A DNA stretch of 50,474 bases from Allosphingosinicella sp. (GTDB lineage Bacteria; Pseudomonadota; Alphaproteobacteria; Sphingomonadales; Sphingomonadaceae): contig DASWLY010000008.1 of assembly GCA_036400035.1 (NCBI GenBank), forward strand, positions 1 through 50,474, read 5' to 3'. Below are positions 1 to 7,990 of this stretch, piece by piece (the stretch's first letter is position 1; every line of letters begins with the position of its first letter). The notes beneath the pieces were generated by a model that did not search any database, was not told the origin of the DNA, and saw nothing but the letters and a program-made list of their open reading frames with translations. A program made the position numbers and the translations under genes.

Positions 1-85
1 CCGGAAATAAGAGGATTCGGCGACTCGCCCGAGAAGTCTTCGGCGATACCGAAAGTTCCCGGACGATCTGCCACAACAATAGCAC

Positions 86-250
86 CTAGCAATAGACGCC
101 GTTATCTGCCCCCGAGCCCGCATAACGGTAGTTTCCCGGGAAACGATATTCCGTACAGCCGGCAAGGGCAATCCCGTCGCGCGCGTTCCATTTGGAAGCG
201 CTCTTCTCGGTTTTGTCAGCCAGCTTGAATGCAAAAGTCTTCTTTTCCAT
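86..250 (-). CDS. 54-aa small peptide, candidate RiPP/bacteriocin precursor (copy B)
   Basis: Not in the ORF track. Hand translation: MEKKTFAFKLADKTEKSASKWNARDGIALAGCTEYRFPGNYRYAGSGADNGVYC*. GGAGAG RBS precedes the ATG. 31/54 residues identical to the adjacent copy at 357-521. Confidence 0.85.
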   Translation of the reverse strand: MEKKTFAFKLADKTEKSASKWNARDGIALAGCTEYRFPGNYRYAGSGADNGVYC

Positions 251-356
251 CTTACTCTCCAGTCTCGGTAATTACGTCCGTGTTCGCGCGTAACCGGTCA
301 CAATGAGACCCGAGGAACCCCCGGCTGTCCGCCGAGGGCTCCAAGGTGATCTGCTG

Positions 357-521
357 TTAGCACCAGTCTCCGTGATCACCCAGCCTGAGCTTGTAGCGCA
401 AATCTCCGTCTCCGGTCACATCGGTGCATCCGGCGAGAGAAACGCCATCGCGCGTCCTCCATTTGGAGCCGCTATTCGCGGCCTTGTCGGCCAGCTTGAA
501 CGCAAAGGTCTTTTTTTCCAT
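357..521 (-). CDS. 54-aa small peptide, candidate RiPP/bacteriocin precursor (copy A)
   Basis: C-terminal part of track ORF 357..611. Start re-called at ATG 521 (AGGAGA RBS; aligns with copy B): MEKKTFAFKLADKAANSGSKWRTRDGVSLAGCTDVTGDGDLRYKLRLGDHGDWC*. Confidence 0.85.
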   Translation of the reverse strand: MEKKTFAFKLADKAANSGSKWRTRDGVSLAGCTDVTGDGDLRYKLRLGDHGDWC

Positions 522-543
522 ATCTGCTTCTCCTACGCTGTCG

Positions 544-572
544 ATTACATCCGATATGGATGTAATTACATC
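544..572. promoter_or_regulatory. Overlapping palindromes upstream of peptide A, possible operator
   Basis: ATTACATCC-gatat-GGATGTAAT (9-bp inverted repeat, 544-566) overlaps the perfect 14-bp palindrome GATGTAATTACATC (559-572). A related GTAATTACGTCCG sits upstream of peptide B (268-280). Confidence 0.4.
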
Positions 573-759
573 GGCGAGTCGGTGTTTCACCGGGACCAAG
601 GCTGACACCAATGCCCCGAAGCTTCAAGTCGATCTCCTTATTCTTCGCTCCGATTCGGTTATTGTGCCCGGCATTCGAGGTGAATGGCGGGCTGGCGGTT
701 GAGCGAGGGGCCCGAGGCCTTGGATCGGACTTCGTCCGCGTGCCCCGGCTCCGCCACGC

Positions 760-2580
760 GTGACCGGGCCGGCGTCCGTCCCCGGTTCGCCCGCCCGGTG
801 GGCTCTGACCCAGCTGCTGGCGCTGATGTGGCCGCGCGGCGAGGCGGGCGTGAAGGTGCGCGTCGTCGCCTCGGTCGCTCTGATCTTCGCGGCCAAGCTG
901 ATCGCGGTCGCGGCGCCCTTTCTCTACAAGCAGATCATCGATTCATTGTCGGGTCCCGCGCTCGCCGCGATCCCGATCGCCCTGATCCTCGCTTACGGTG
1001 TGGCCCAGGTCGGCGGGCAGCTCGTCGAGGCATTGCGCAGCCTCGTCTTCATCCGGGTGGCCCAGCGCGCGATACGGCTGACCGCGCTCCAGATGTTCAA
1101 CCACATCCACGCACTGTCGCTCCGAGTTCACCTCGACCGCCAGACCGGCGGCCTCGCCCGGGTGGTGGACCGCGGCGTCTCCGGAATCGAGTTTCTGCTC
1201 GAGCTCATGCTGTTCAACGTCGTTCCGACGCTTCTGGAGCTGGTGCTGGTATCGGCCATCCTGTCGAGCTTCTACCATGCGGGCTTCGCGGTCGCGGTGC
1301 TGGCCACGGTGCTCTGTTATGCCGGCGTGACGATCGCCGCGACGGGCCGGCAGATCCGCGCAAGGCGCCACCGCAACACGTGCGACGTGGCGGCGATCTC
1401 GATCGCGGTCGACAGCGTCCTCAACTACGAGACGGTGAAATATTTCAGCGCCGAGGCGAACGAAGCGCATCGCTACGAGCAGGCGAAGCGCGCCTACGAG
1501 GAGGCGGCGGTCCGCGCCGAGAGGGTCGAGGCGCTGTCCGCCGCCGCCCAGGCCGCGATCATCGCCGCCGGGATGATCGCGGTCATGGTCATGGCCGGCC
1601 GCGAGGTCGCCGCCGGTACGATGACGGTCGGGGACTTCGTGCTGGTCAACGCCTATCTGCTGCAGCTCTACGTGCCGCTTGGAATGCTCGCCTCCAGCTA
1701 CAGCGGAACTCGGCAATCGATCACCGACGTCGAGTCGCTGGTCCAGCTGCTTGAGGTGCAGCCGGAAGTGAAGGACGCGCCGGGCGCGCCGGCCCTGGCG
1801 GTGGCGCGCGGCCGGATTTCGTTCGACTCGGTCACTTTCGCCTACGATCCGCGCCGGCCGATCCTCGAGAGCGTGTCGTTCGACGTGCCGGCCGGGAAGA
1901 CGGTGGCGATCGTCGGCCAGAGCGGCGGCGGCAAGTCCACGCTCGCGCGCCTCCTGTTCCGCTTCTACGACGTCCAAGGCGGCGCCATCCGCATCGACGG
2001 CCAGGATCTGCGCGAGGTATCGCAGAAGAGCCTTCGGCAGGCCATCGGAATGGTGCCGCAGGACACGGTCCTGTTCAACGACACGATCGGCTACAATATC
2101 GGCTATGCCCGCCCGGGCGCGACCTCCCGGGAGGTCGAAGCCGCGGCGCGGGCCGCCAGCCTCCACGACTTCATCCTCACGCTTCCCGACGGGTACGAGA
2201 CGAGAGTCGGCGAGCGCGGGCTGAAGCTGTCGGGAGGCGAGAAGCAGCGCGTCGCCATCGCCCGCGTCGTCCTGAAAGATCCCTCGATCCTGGTCTTCGA
2301 CGAGGCGACCAGTGCCCTCGACAGCCAGACCGAACGGGAAATTCAGGAGAGCCTGCGCGCGATCTCCGCTGAACGCACGGTTCTCGTCATTGCCCACCGT
2401 CTCTCCACGATCGTCGATGCCGACGAGATATTGGTCCTCGCCGGTGGCGGCATCGCCGAGCGCGGCCGCCATGATGAGCTGCTTGCCGGTGGCGGCCTCT
2501 ATTCGGCGATGTGGCGGCGCCAGAGGCGCGCCGCCGCGCGCGAAGAACTCCAGAAGGATGCAACCCGGCATCGCCCGTAA
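760..2580 (+). CDS. Atm1/ABCB-family ABC transporter (fused permease and ATPase)
   Basis: N-terminal TM domain with Atm1-like HxLSLRxHLDRQTGGL and NYETVKYF motifs. Walker A GQSGGGKST, signature LSGGEKQR, Walker B LVFDEATSALD. GTG start uncertain. Confidence 0.9.
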   Translation: MTGPASVPGSPARWALTQLLALMWPRGEAGVKVRVVASVALIFAAKLIAVAAPFLYKQIIDSLSGPALAAIPIALILAYGVAQVGGQLVEALRSLVFIRVAQRAIRLTALQMFNHIHALSLRVHLDRQTGGLARVVDRGVSGIEFLLELMLFNVVPTLLELVLVSAILSSFYHAGFAVAVLATVLCYAGVTIAATGRQIRARRHRNTCDVAAISIAVDSVLNYETVKYFSAEANEAHRYEQAKRAYEEAAVRAERVEALSAAAQAAIIAAGMIAVMVMAGREVAAGTMTVGDFVLVNAYLLQLYVPLGMLASSYSGTRQSITDVESLVQLLEVQPEVKDAPGAPALAVARGRISFDSVTFAYDPRRPILESVSFDVPAGKTVAIVGQSGGGKSTLARLLFRFYDVQGGAIRIDGQDLREVSQKSLRQAIGMVPQDTVLFNDTIGYNIGYARPGATSREVEAAARAASLHDFILTLPDGYETRVGERGLKLSGGEKQRVAIARVVLKDPSILVFDEATSALDSQTEREIQESLRAISAERTVLVIAHRLSTIVDADEILVLAGGGIAERGRHDELLAGGGLYSAMWRRQRRAAAREELQKDATRHRP

Positions 2581-2649
2581 CAACGGATCGGAGCATACCG
2601 GAAAATCGGCCGTCGGGACGCCGAGATGGTTCGCATTCGATTTGCTCGA

Positions 2650-3360
2650 TCAATGCTCCACCGAAGCCAGCCTTGCCTTCGGCGCCTCGCGCAGCCGCGA
2701 CACGATCGCGGCGCGGCGGCGCACGTTGAGCTTCTCCAGAATGTTGTGGACATGGTTCTTGACCGTGGCCGGTCCGATGCGGAGGTCGATGGCGATCTCC
2801 TTGTTCGACAGCCCCTCGGCGATGAGCGCGGCCACGTCCCGCTCCCGCCGGGTCAGCGGCACGGCGATGTCCGACCTGGTGACGGCGAGCGAGGCGAGAC
2901 GGTCGCACATCATGGCGGCGACCCGCGGCGAGCAGGCCAGCTCGCCCCGAAGCGCCGCGAGCACCGCATCGATCAGAACCTCGATGGTGCCGTTGCGGTC
3001 GACGAAGGCGACCAGTCCGGCTTCGGCGCAGGCGATCACGTCGCCGCCTTCCTCGGAAATCCCGAAGCCGATCAGGCGGATGGTCGGGCAGGCGGCATGA
3101 AACCGGCGGGCCAGCTTCAATCCTGAGTCGGTGGACGCATCCACGAGCAAGGCGCAGGGAGACAGCCTCAGCGCGGCCGCGAAGGAATCGGTGCAGCTCG
3201 CCGCCGCCGCCACCTCGAGTCGACCGTCCCTCCGCAGGCTGGCCGCGAGTCCTTCGCGATAGAGAAGCACGTCGCTCACGACTAGGACTCGCGGAATCGC
3301 TCCCGCTCCGAGCACCGGCCCAAGCGCCGCCTGATCAGACCCAACCACGATCCCTCCCAT
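2650..3360 (-). CDS. LuxR/NarL-family response regulator (REC-like plus HTH), divergent from the eCIS operon
   Basis: C-terminal LTRRERDVAALIAEGLSNKEIAIDLRIGPATVKNHVHNILEKL is a LuxR HTH. N-terminal VLVVSDVLLYREGL is NarL REC-like. Start re-called at ATG 3360 after GAGGGG. Confidence 0.88.
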   Translation of the reverse strand: MGGIVVGSDQAALGPVLGAGAIPRVLVVSDVLLYREGLAASLRRDGRLEVAAAASCTDSFAAALRLSPCALLVDASTDSGLKLARRFHAACPTIRLIGFGISEEGGDVIACAEAGLVAFVDRNGTIEVLIDAVLAALRGELACSPRVAAMMCDRLASLAVTRSDIAVPLTRRERDVAALIAEGLSNKEIAIDLRIGPATVKNHVHNILEKLNVRRRAAIVSRLREAPKARLASVEH

Positions 3361-3583
3361 CGCCCCCTCAGGCGAGTGAACGGATTTGCGGGTGCAGCTC
3401 CCATGCCCGGCTCCACGTTCGAAGCCTCGGTTCAGGCGAAGAGCTCCAGCCGCTTCCACGAAGACAGATGTAAGCGGGCCAACCTGTATCAAGATTCTCG
3501 ATCCGCTGGAAATAATAATCGGACGCATTCGGAGCTGTTCCCGGCAAACCGGCTTTTCCGTCCCTGAACCGTACCGAATGGGG

Positions 3584-3687
3584 GGGACCGTTCGGTCCGG
3601 TCGGTTTTCCGAAAAAGCGTCGCCGCGCCGATACTTGCTTGAGGCCTCGGCCATTCCGCGTCGGTCCGGCGACGGCCGAACGGTCCC
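3584..3687. promoter_or_regulatory. 12-bp inverted repeat pair in the divergent luxR/eCIS promoter region
   Basis: GGGACCGTTCGG (3584-3595) and its exact reverse complement CCGAACGGTCCC (3676-3687). TCGGTCCGG is also directly repeated at 3592 and 3661. Confidence 0.35.
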
Positions 3688-3779
3688 GGATCGTCCAAAC
3701 CCGTTTTTTCCGCCGATCGGAGGATTTTCGGGGGCCTGCGGCCGGCGCACCATCCGGGCTTCACATTTGCGGGGATGTC

Positions 3780-4136
3780 GTGAGCCCGATTCGCATTCAG
3801 CTGGGACAGATGCCGTCGATGCTTAGCACGATCGTCGATGGCCTGCTTCTGAGCGAACCGGACATGGTCGTCGTCGGCCGCTCGCCGGACAGCGGCGATG
3901 CGCTCCTCGAGGCCCGCGACAACCGCGCCGATATATTGATCGCCCAGGCCCAATTCGGCGGCGGCGGCACCTGCCTCGACGCGATCCTCGCGGCCCCGCC
4001 CCTCGATATCCTGGCCATCTCCAGCGACGGCCTCACCGGCGCCCGCATCAGCCTTTCGCGCCACCCCGTCAATCTCGGCGCCGAGGGCGCAGCGAGTCTC
4101 GCCGAAGCGATTCGCGGCTTGGCGGCGGAAGGCTGA
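3780..4136 (+). CDS. Stand-alone degenerate receiver-like protein (118 aa), first gene of the eCIS operon
   Basis: GTG start. IRIQLGQMPSML...EPDMVVVG...ADILI resembles the NarL REC pattern but lacks the acidic pocket and any HTH. Stop overlaps the next start (TGATG). Confidence 0.6.
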   Translation: MSPIRIQLGQMPSMLSTIVDGLLLSEPDMVVVGRSPDSGDALLEARDNRADILIAQAQFGGGGTCLDAILAAPPLDILAISSDGLTGARISLSRHPVNLGAEGAASLAEAIRGLAAEG

Positions 4137-4723
4137 TGGCGCGGACCCAGGGCATCGCGGCGGTCAGCGCTACCCTGATGGGGCTGCTGCGCGACCGCTA
4201 TCCACGCGACGAATTCGGCCCCTCGCTCGCCTTCGAGCTCTACCAGGCGCGCAACTTCGATTCGCCGATGAAGGAGGGCATCGCCATCTGCCTGTGGCGG
4301 GTGGCGCCGAATACCGCCCGGCGCAATTTCGCCAGCCGGACCGACTCGCTCGGCCGCCGGTTCCGCGGCTCGCTGCCGCTCGACCTCTTCTATCTGATCG
4401 TGCCTTATGCCGAGCAGGCGGAGCGCCAGCAGAGGCTGCTCGGCTGGGCGATGCGGGCGATGCACGAACTGGGCACTCTCGCGCCCACCCAGCTCAACCA
4501 TTATCTCGCCGAGAGCGACGTCTTCGCCGAAGCGGAAAGCCTCGATGCCGTCGGCGACCCGCTCGGCGTGGGCGACTATCTCACTTTGTGGGACCGGCTG
4601 AAGCGGCTTCCCCCGGCGGCGACTTACGTGCTTCGGATGCTGCTGCTCGATTCCGAAATACCCATCGAGGAGCATCCGCTGGTCGAGGAGCGCAGCTTCG
4701 ACATGGGGGTGCTCACACGATGA
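4136..4723 (+). CDS. DUF4255/Pvc16 (Afp16-like) tail terminator/cap protein
   Basis: IAAVSATLMGLL N-terminus, ICLWRVAPN, LPLDLFYLI, QRLLGWAMRAMH and ATYVLR are typical DUF4255 motifs. Position at the head of the eCIS locus. Confidence 0.8.
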   Translation: MARTQGIAAVSATLMGLLRDRYPRDEFGPSLAFELYQARNFDSPMKEGIAICLWRVAPNTARRNFASRTDSLGRRFRGSLPLDLFYLIVPYAEQAERQQRLLGWAMRAMHELGTLAPTQLNHYLAESDVFAEAESLDAVGDPLGVGDYLTLWDRLKRLPPAATYVLRMLLLDSEIPIEEHPLVEERSFDMGVLTR

Positions 4724-5619
4724 GCATCGTCGCCGGCCCCGTCAGCGTCCTGGAGCGGATCACCCGCCCGGCGCCGTTCGGGATCATGTTCTGGGACTTC
4801 GCCAGGGGCGAGCCGATCCGCGACGGGCTGGAAGTGAGCCTCACCCTGCTCACCCGTCCGGCGCAGACGACATCGCTGATCCCCAACCGCAACGGCGTGT
4901 GGGTCGCGGCGCGACTTCCCGGACGGACCGACTCCGAGCTTGCCGCCGCCGCCGACTGGTCCACCTTGCGGCGACCCTACCGGATCGAGGTCGCCGACAC
5001 CGCGCGCCGCTTCCTGCCGCTCCGGCTCGAAGCCGAGCTTCCCACCGCAGGTCTCTACGAATGGCCCGCATGGGGCGATTTCCCGCAGGAGCCGCTACGG
5101 CCCCTTTCCGACGGCCTGTCGCCGCCGCACGTCAGCCCCGGCCGGATCCCCCTCTTCTCGGCGCCCGAGCGCACAGTGGCGGGGCCGCTGGCGGAGGTGC
5201 GCTGCGAGCTGCTCGACGCCGCCACCGGCCTTCCGGCCCCCTGGGCGCTGGTCACCGCGAGCCATGGCGGAATCGTCCGCGGCCTCGGCCTTGCCGACTC
5301 GATGGGCCGAGCTACGCTCTATTTCGCCTATCCCGAACGCGAGCGGCCCTCGCTCAGCTCGCCGCCCGCGATCACCGATTTCCGCTGGCCGCTGACCTTC
5401 GCGGCCTATTACGATCCGCCGGCCGGCCCGACCCCCGACGTGCCGGATCTCGCGGCGATCCTCGGCCAGCTCGACCATCCCTGCGACCTGCTCGATTCGA
5501 CCCTGTCGCCGCCGGAGCCGCTCGGTCCGCGGCTACTCAGCTTCGGCCGCGCGCTCGTGCTGCGGACCGCAAATACACCCGACGGACCGTCCTCCAGCCT
5601 GATCCTGGAGCGGCCATGA
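4720..5619 (+). CDS. eCIS-associated hypothetical protein (299 aa), Pro-rich with three SPP motifs
   Basis: ATGA overlap with the DUF4255 gene; C-terminal part of track ORF 4294..5619; lies between the cap and sheath genes. Confidence 0.7.
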   Translation: MSIVAGPVSVLERITRPAPFGIMFWDFARGEPIRDGLEVSLTLLTRPAQTTSLIPNRNGVWVAARLPGRTDSELAAAADWSTLRRPYRIEVADTARRFLPLRLEAELPTAGLYEWPAWGDFPQEPLRPLSDGLSPPHVSPGRIPLFSAPERTVAGPLAEVRCELLDAATGLPAPWALVTASHGGIVRGLGLADSMGRATLYFAYPERERPSLSSPPAITDFRWPLTFAAYYDPPAGPTPDVPDLAAILGQLDHPCDLLDSTLSPPEPLGPRLLSFGRALVLRTANTPDGPSSSLILERP

Positions 5620-5638
5620 GCGATCGAGGAGGAGCATC

Positions 5639-7525
5639 ATGCCCGAATATCTAGCCCCCGGCGTCTATGTGGAGGAGGTCTCCTTCCGCGCCAAGTCGAT
5701 CGAAGGCGTTTCGACGACCACCACCGGCTTCGTCGGCCCGGCCCGCTATGGCCCTCTCGACGTCGAACCCGAGATCATCACCAGCCTCGTCGAGTTCGAA
5801 CGCGTCTATGGCGGGAAGTCGCAGCTGGTCTACGACAGCGGAGCGGTCGACAATTACCTATGGAACGCGGCGCGCGCCTTCTTCGAGGAAGGCGGCAAGC
5901 GGCTCTACGTCAGCCGCATCTTCAACCCGCTCGGCGGCGATCCGCTGTCGGGAGTGGCGATGCCGGCGGATTCGCCGCCGGCCGCCCTGGATGTCCGCGC
6001 CCGGTTCCCGGGGGCGGCCGGCAACGGCCGGGTGACGATCACGCTGCAGCTCAGCCCGAACCGGCTGGCGCCGGTAAGCGACGGCGTCGCGCTGCGCGGC
6101 GCGACCGACCGCGACCTGGTTTATATCGAAGGTGCGGGCGCGGACGACTTCTATCTGGCACTGCGCGACGAGACCGCCAGGACCTGGCGCTTCTCCGCCA
6201 CCGGCGGCGACGTCACCGACCCCGCCAATCTCGAGCTCCAGGCCGATCTGGCCGGCGGCGGCGTGACCGTAAGGACGGTGACCGCCACCGTGACCTTCGA
6301 ACCCTCGGGCGGCGATCTGCCGACCTTCGTCGCCACCGAGCTCGCGCTCGATCCGCTGCACTCGACCGCCGGCACGCCCGATTCCCTGTTCGCCCATTTC
6401 GCGGCGGAGCCGGCCAGCCTGTCGCGCGCCCGGAGCATCCCGATCGTCATCGACGCCGTCGACGGGAATACCGGCCTCGACGTGCTCAACGCCATCGCCT
6501 CGGCCTACGTCGCCGATGCGGCGGCAAGCCCTCCCGACCCCGGCCTCGAGGACAGCCTCACCGCCGGCGACCTCACCCCCTCGCCGGCGGGGCGGCGCTC
6601 GATCGTCATCCTGCTCGGGAACGGGGATGACGGCGCCATCCCTCAAGCGACCGATTACGAGGGCGAGATCGATCCGCTCACGGACCGGGCGACCGGCCTG
6701 CGCGCCTTCGAAGCGCTCGAAGACATTTCCATCGTCGCGGCGCCGGGATCCACCCGGATCGACGATGCGCAAAGCCGCACGGTCATCGGCCTGCTGATCA
6801 GCCACGCCGAGCGGATGCGGTACCGGATCGCGGTGATCGACAGCGCCAAGGGCCAGACCATCGCCGAAGTGCGGGCGCTTCGGGCGCAGTATGACAGCAG
6901 CCACGCCGCTTTCTACTATCCCTGGGTCCGGATCATCGACCCGGTTACCCAGCAGGAGAATCATTATCCGCCGTCCGGCTTCGTCGCCGGCATCTATGCC
7001 CGCAACGACGTCGAGCGGGCGGTCTACAAGGCTCCGGCCAACGAGGTGGTCAACCTCGCCATCGGCTTCGAGACCTTGCTCAACAAGGCGCAGCAGGAGG
7101 TGCTCAATCCGGAAGGCGTGAATTGCTTCCGCTTCTTCGAGGGACGCGGAATGCGCCTGTGGGGCGCGCGCACCATGTCGAGCGACCCCGAATGGAAATA
7201 TGTCAATATCAGGCGCTACTTCGCCTATCTCGAACGGTCGATCGACAAGGGCACGCAATGGGCCGTGTTCGAGCCGAACGGCGAGCGCCTGTGGGCCAAC
7301 GTCCGCGGCACCGTCGCCGATTTCCTGTTCAACGAATGGCAGAACGGAGCGCTGCTCGGGGACAAGCCCGACAAGGCCTATTTCGTCAAATGCGACCGCT
7401 CGACCATGTCGCAGAACGATCTCGATAACGGCCGCCTGGTCTGCCTGGTCGGGGTCGCGGCGCTGAAGCCCGCCGAATTCGTCATCTTCCGCATCGGTCA
7501 GTGGACGGCCGACCGCAAGATCTGA
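5639..7525 (+). CDS. Contractile tail sheath protein (Afp2/3/4-like)
   Basis: MPEYLAPGVYVEE start. YYPW, PPSGFVAGIYARND, KAPANE, WGART, YVNIRR, WAVFEPN, KPAEFVIFRI. Strong GAGGAG RBS. Confidence 0.96.
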   Translation: MPEYLAPGVYVEEVSFRAKSIEGVSTTTTGFVGPARYGPLDVEPEIITSLVEFERVYGGKSQLVYDSGAVDNYLWNAARAFFEEGGKRLYVSRIFNPLGGDPLSGVAMPADSPPAALDVRARFPGAAGNGRVTITLQLSPNRLAPVSDGVALRGATDRDLVYIEGAGADDFYLALRDETARTWRFSATGGDVTDPANLELQADLAGGGVTVRTVTATVTFEPSGGDLPTFVATELALDPLHSTAGTPDSLFAHFAAEPASLSRARSIPIVIDAVDGNTGLDVLNAIASAYVADAAASPPDPGLEDSLTAGDLTPSPAGRRSIVILLGNGDDGAIPQATDYEGEIDPLTDRATGLRAFEALEDISIVAAPGSTRIDDAQSRTVIGLLISHAERMRYRIAVIDSAKGQTIAEVRALRAQYDSSHAAFYYPWVRIIDPVTQQENHYPPSGFVAGIYARNDVERAVYKAPANEVVNLAIGFETLLNKAQQEVLNPEGVNCFRFFEGRGMRLWGARTMSSDPEWKYVNIRRYFAYLERSIDKGTQWAVFEPNGERLWANVRGTVADFLFNEWQNGALLGDKPDKAYFVKCDRSTMSQNDLDNGRLVCLVGVAALKPAEFVIFRIGQWTADRKI

Positions 7526-7536
7526 GGAGCTGAATC

Positions 7537-7986
7537 ATGGCATTGGAGAGCGACCGCCCTTACGGGCAAATGAACTTCCTGGTCGATATCGGCGAGGGCA
7601 CTGACGGGCCGAAAGCCGGCTTCCAGGAGGTGTCGGGCCTCGGCATGGAGGTGAGCGTCGCGGAATATCGCAACGGCAATTCCCCGACGAACAACGTCAT
7701 CAAGGTCCAGGCGATCAGCAAGCAGACCGACGTCACGCTCAAGCGCGGCGTGATCGGATCGCTCAACCTCTACACATGGCTCGACGCGATCCGCAACGGC
7801 GACCGGAACGCCCGACGGACGGTCAGGATCATGCTGATGACCGAGGATCATTCGGCGCCGGTCTTCACCTGGCGGCTGCTCGAGGCGCGGCCCGCCAAAT
7901 ACACGACCGGTCCGTTCAGCGGCAAAGGGACCGACGTCGCCGTGGAGGAGCTGGTCCTCACCTACGAGCGGCTGGAGATGGAATAG
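7537..7986 (+). CDS. Tail tube protein, T4 gp19-like (Afp1/5)
   Basis: NFLVDI...AGFQEVSGL...EYRNG...VTLKRGV...VAVEELVLTYE. Confidence 0.94.
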   Translation: MALESDRPYGQMNFLVDIGEGTDGPKAGFQEVSGLGMEVSVAEYRNGNSPTNNVIKVQAISKQTDVTLKRGVIGSLNLYTWLDAIRNGDRNARRTVRIMLMTEDHSAPVFTWRLLEARPAKYTTGPFSGKGTDVAVEELVLTYERLEME

Positions 7987-7990
7987 GCGC

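Noticed and set aside
86-521. Lasso peptide or lanthipeptide assignment for the small peptides
   Set aside because: No Thr at -2 and copy B lacks Asp/Glu at core positions 7-9; few conserved Ser/Thr; no maturase visible in the window.
303-702. Track ORFs 303..605 and 424..702 on +, and the N-terminal extension of 357..611
   Set aside because: The + ORFs are antisense to the peptide gene; paralogy and RBS place the real start at 521.
2581-2649. CCGGAAAATCGGCCG resembling the reverse complement of 3598-3612
   Set aside because: Only 12/15 match, in GC-rich DNA between convergent stops; not distinguishable from chance.
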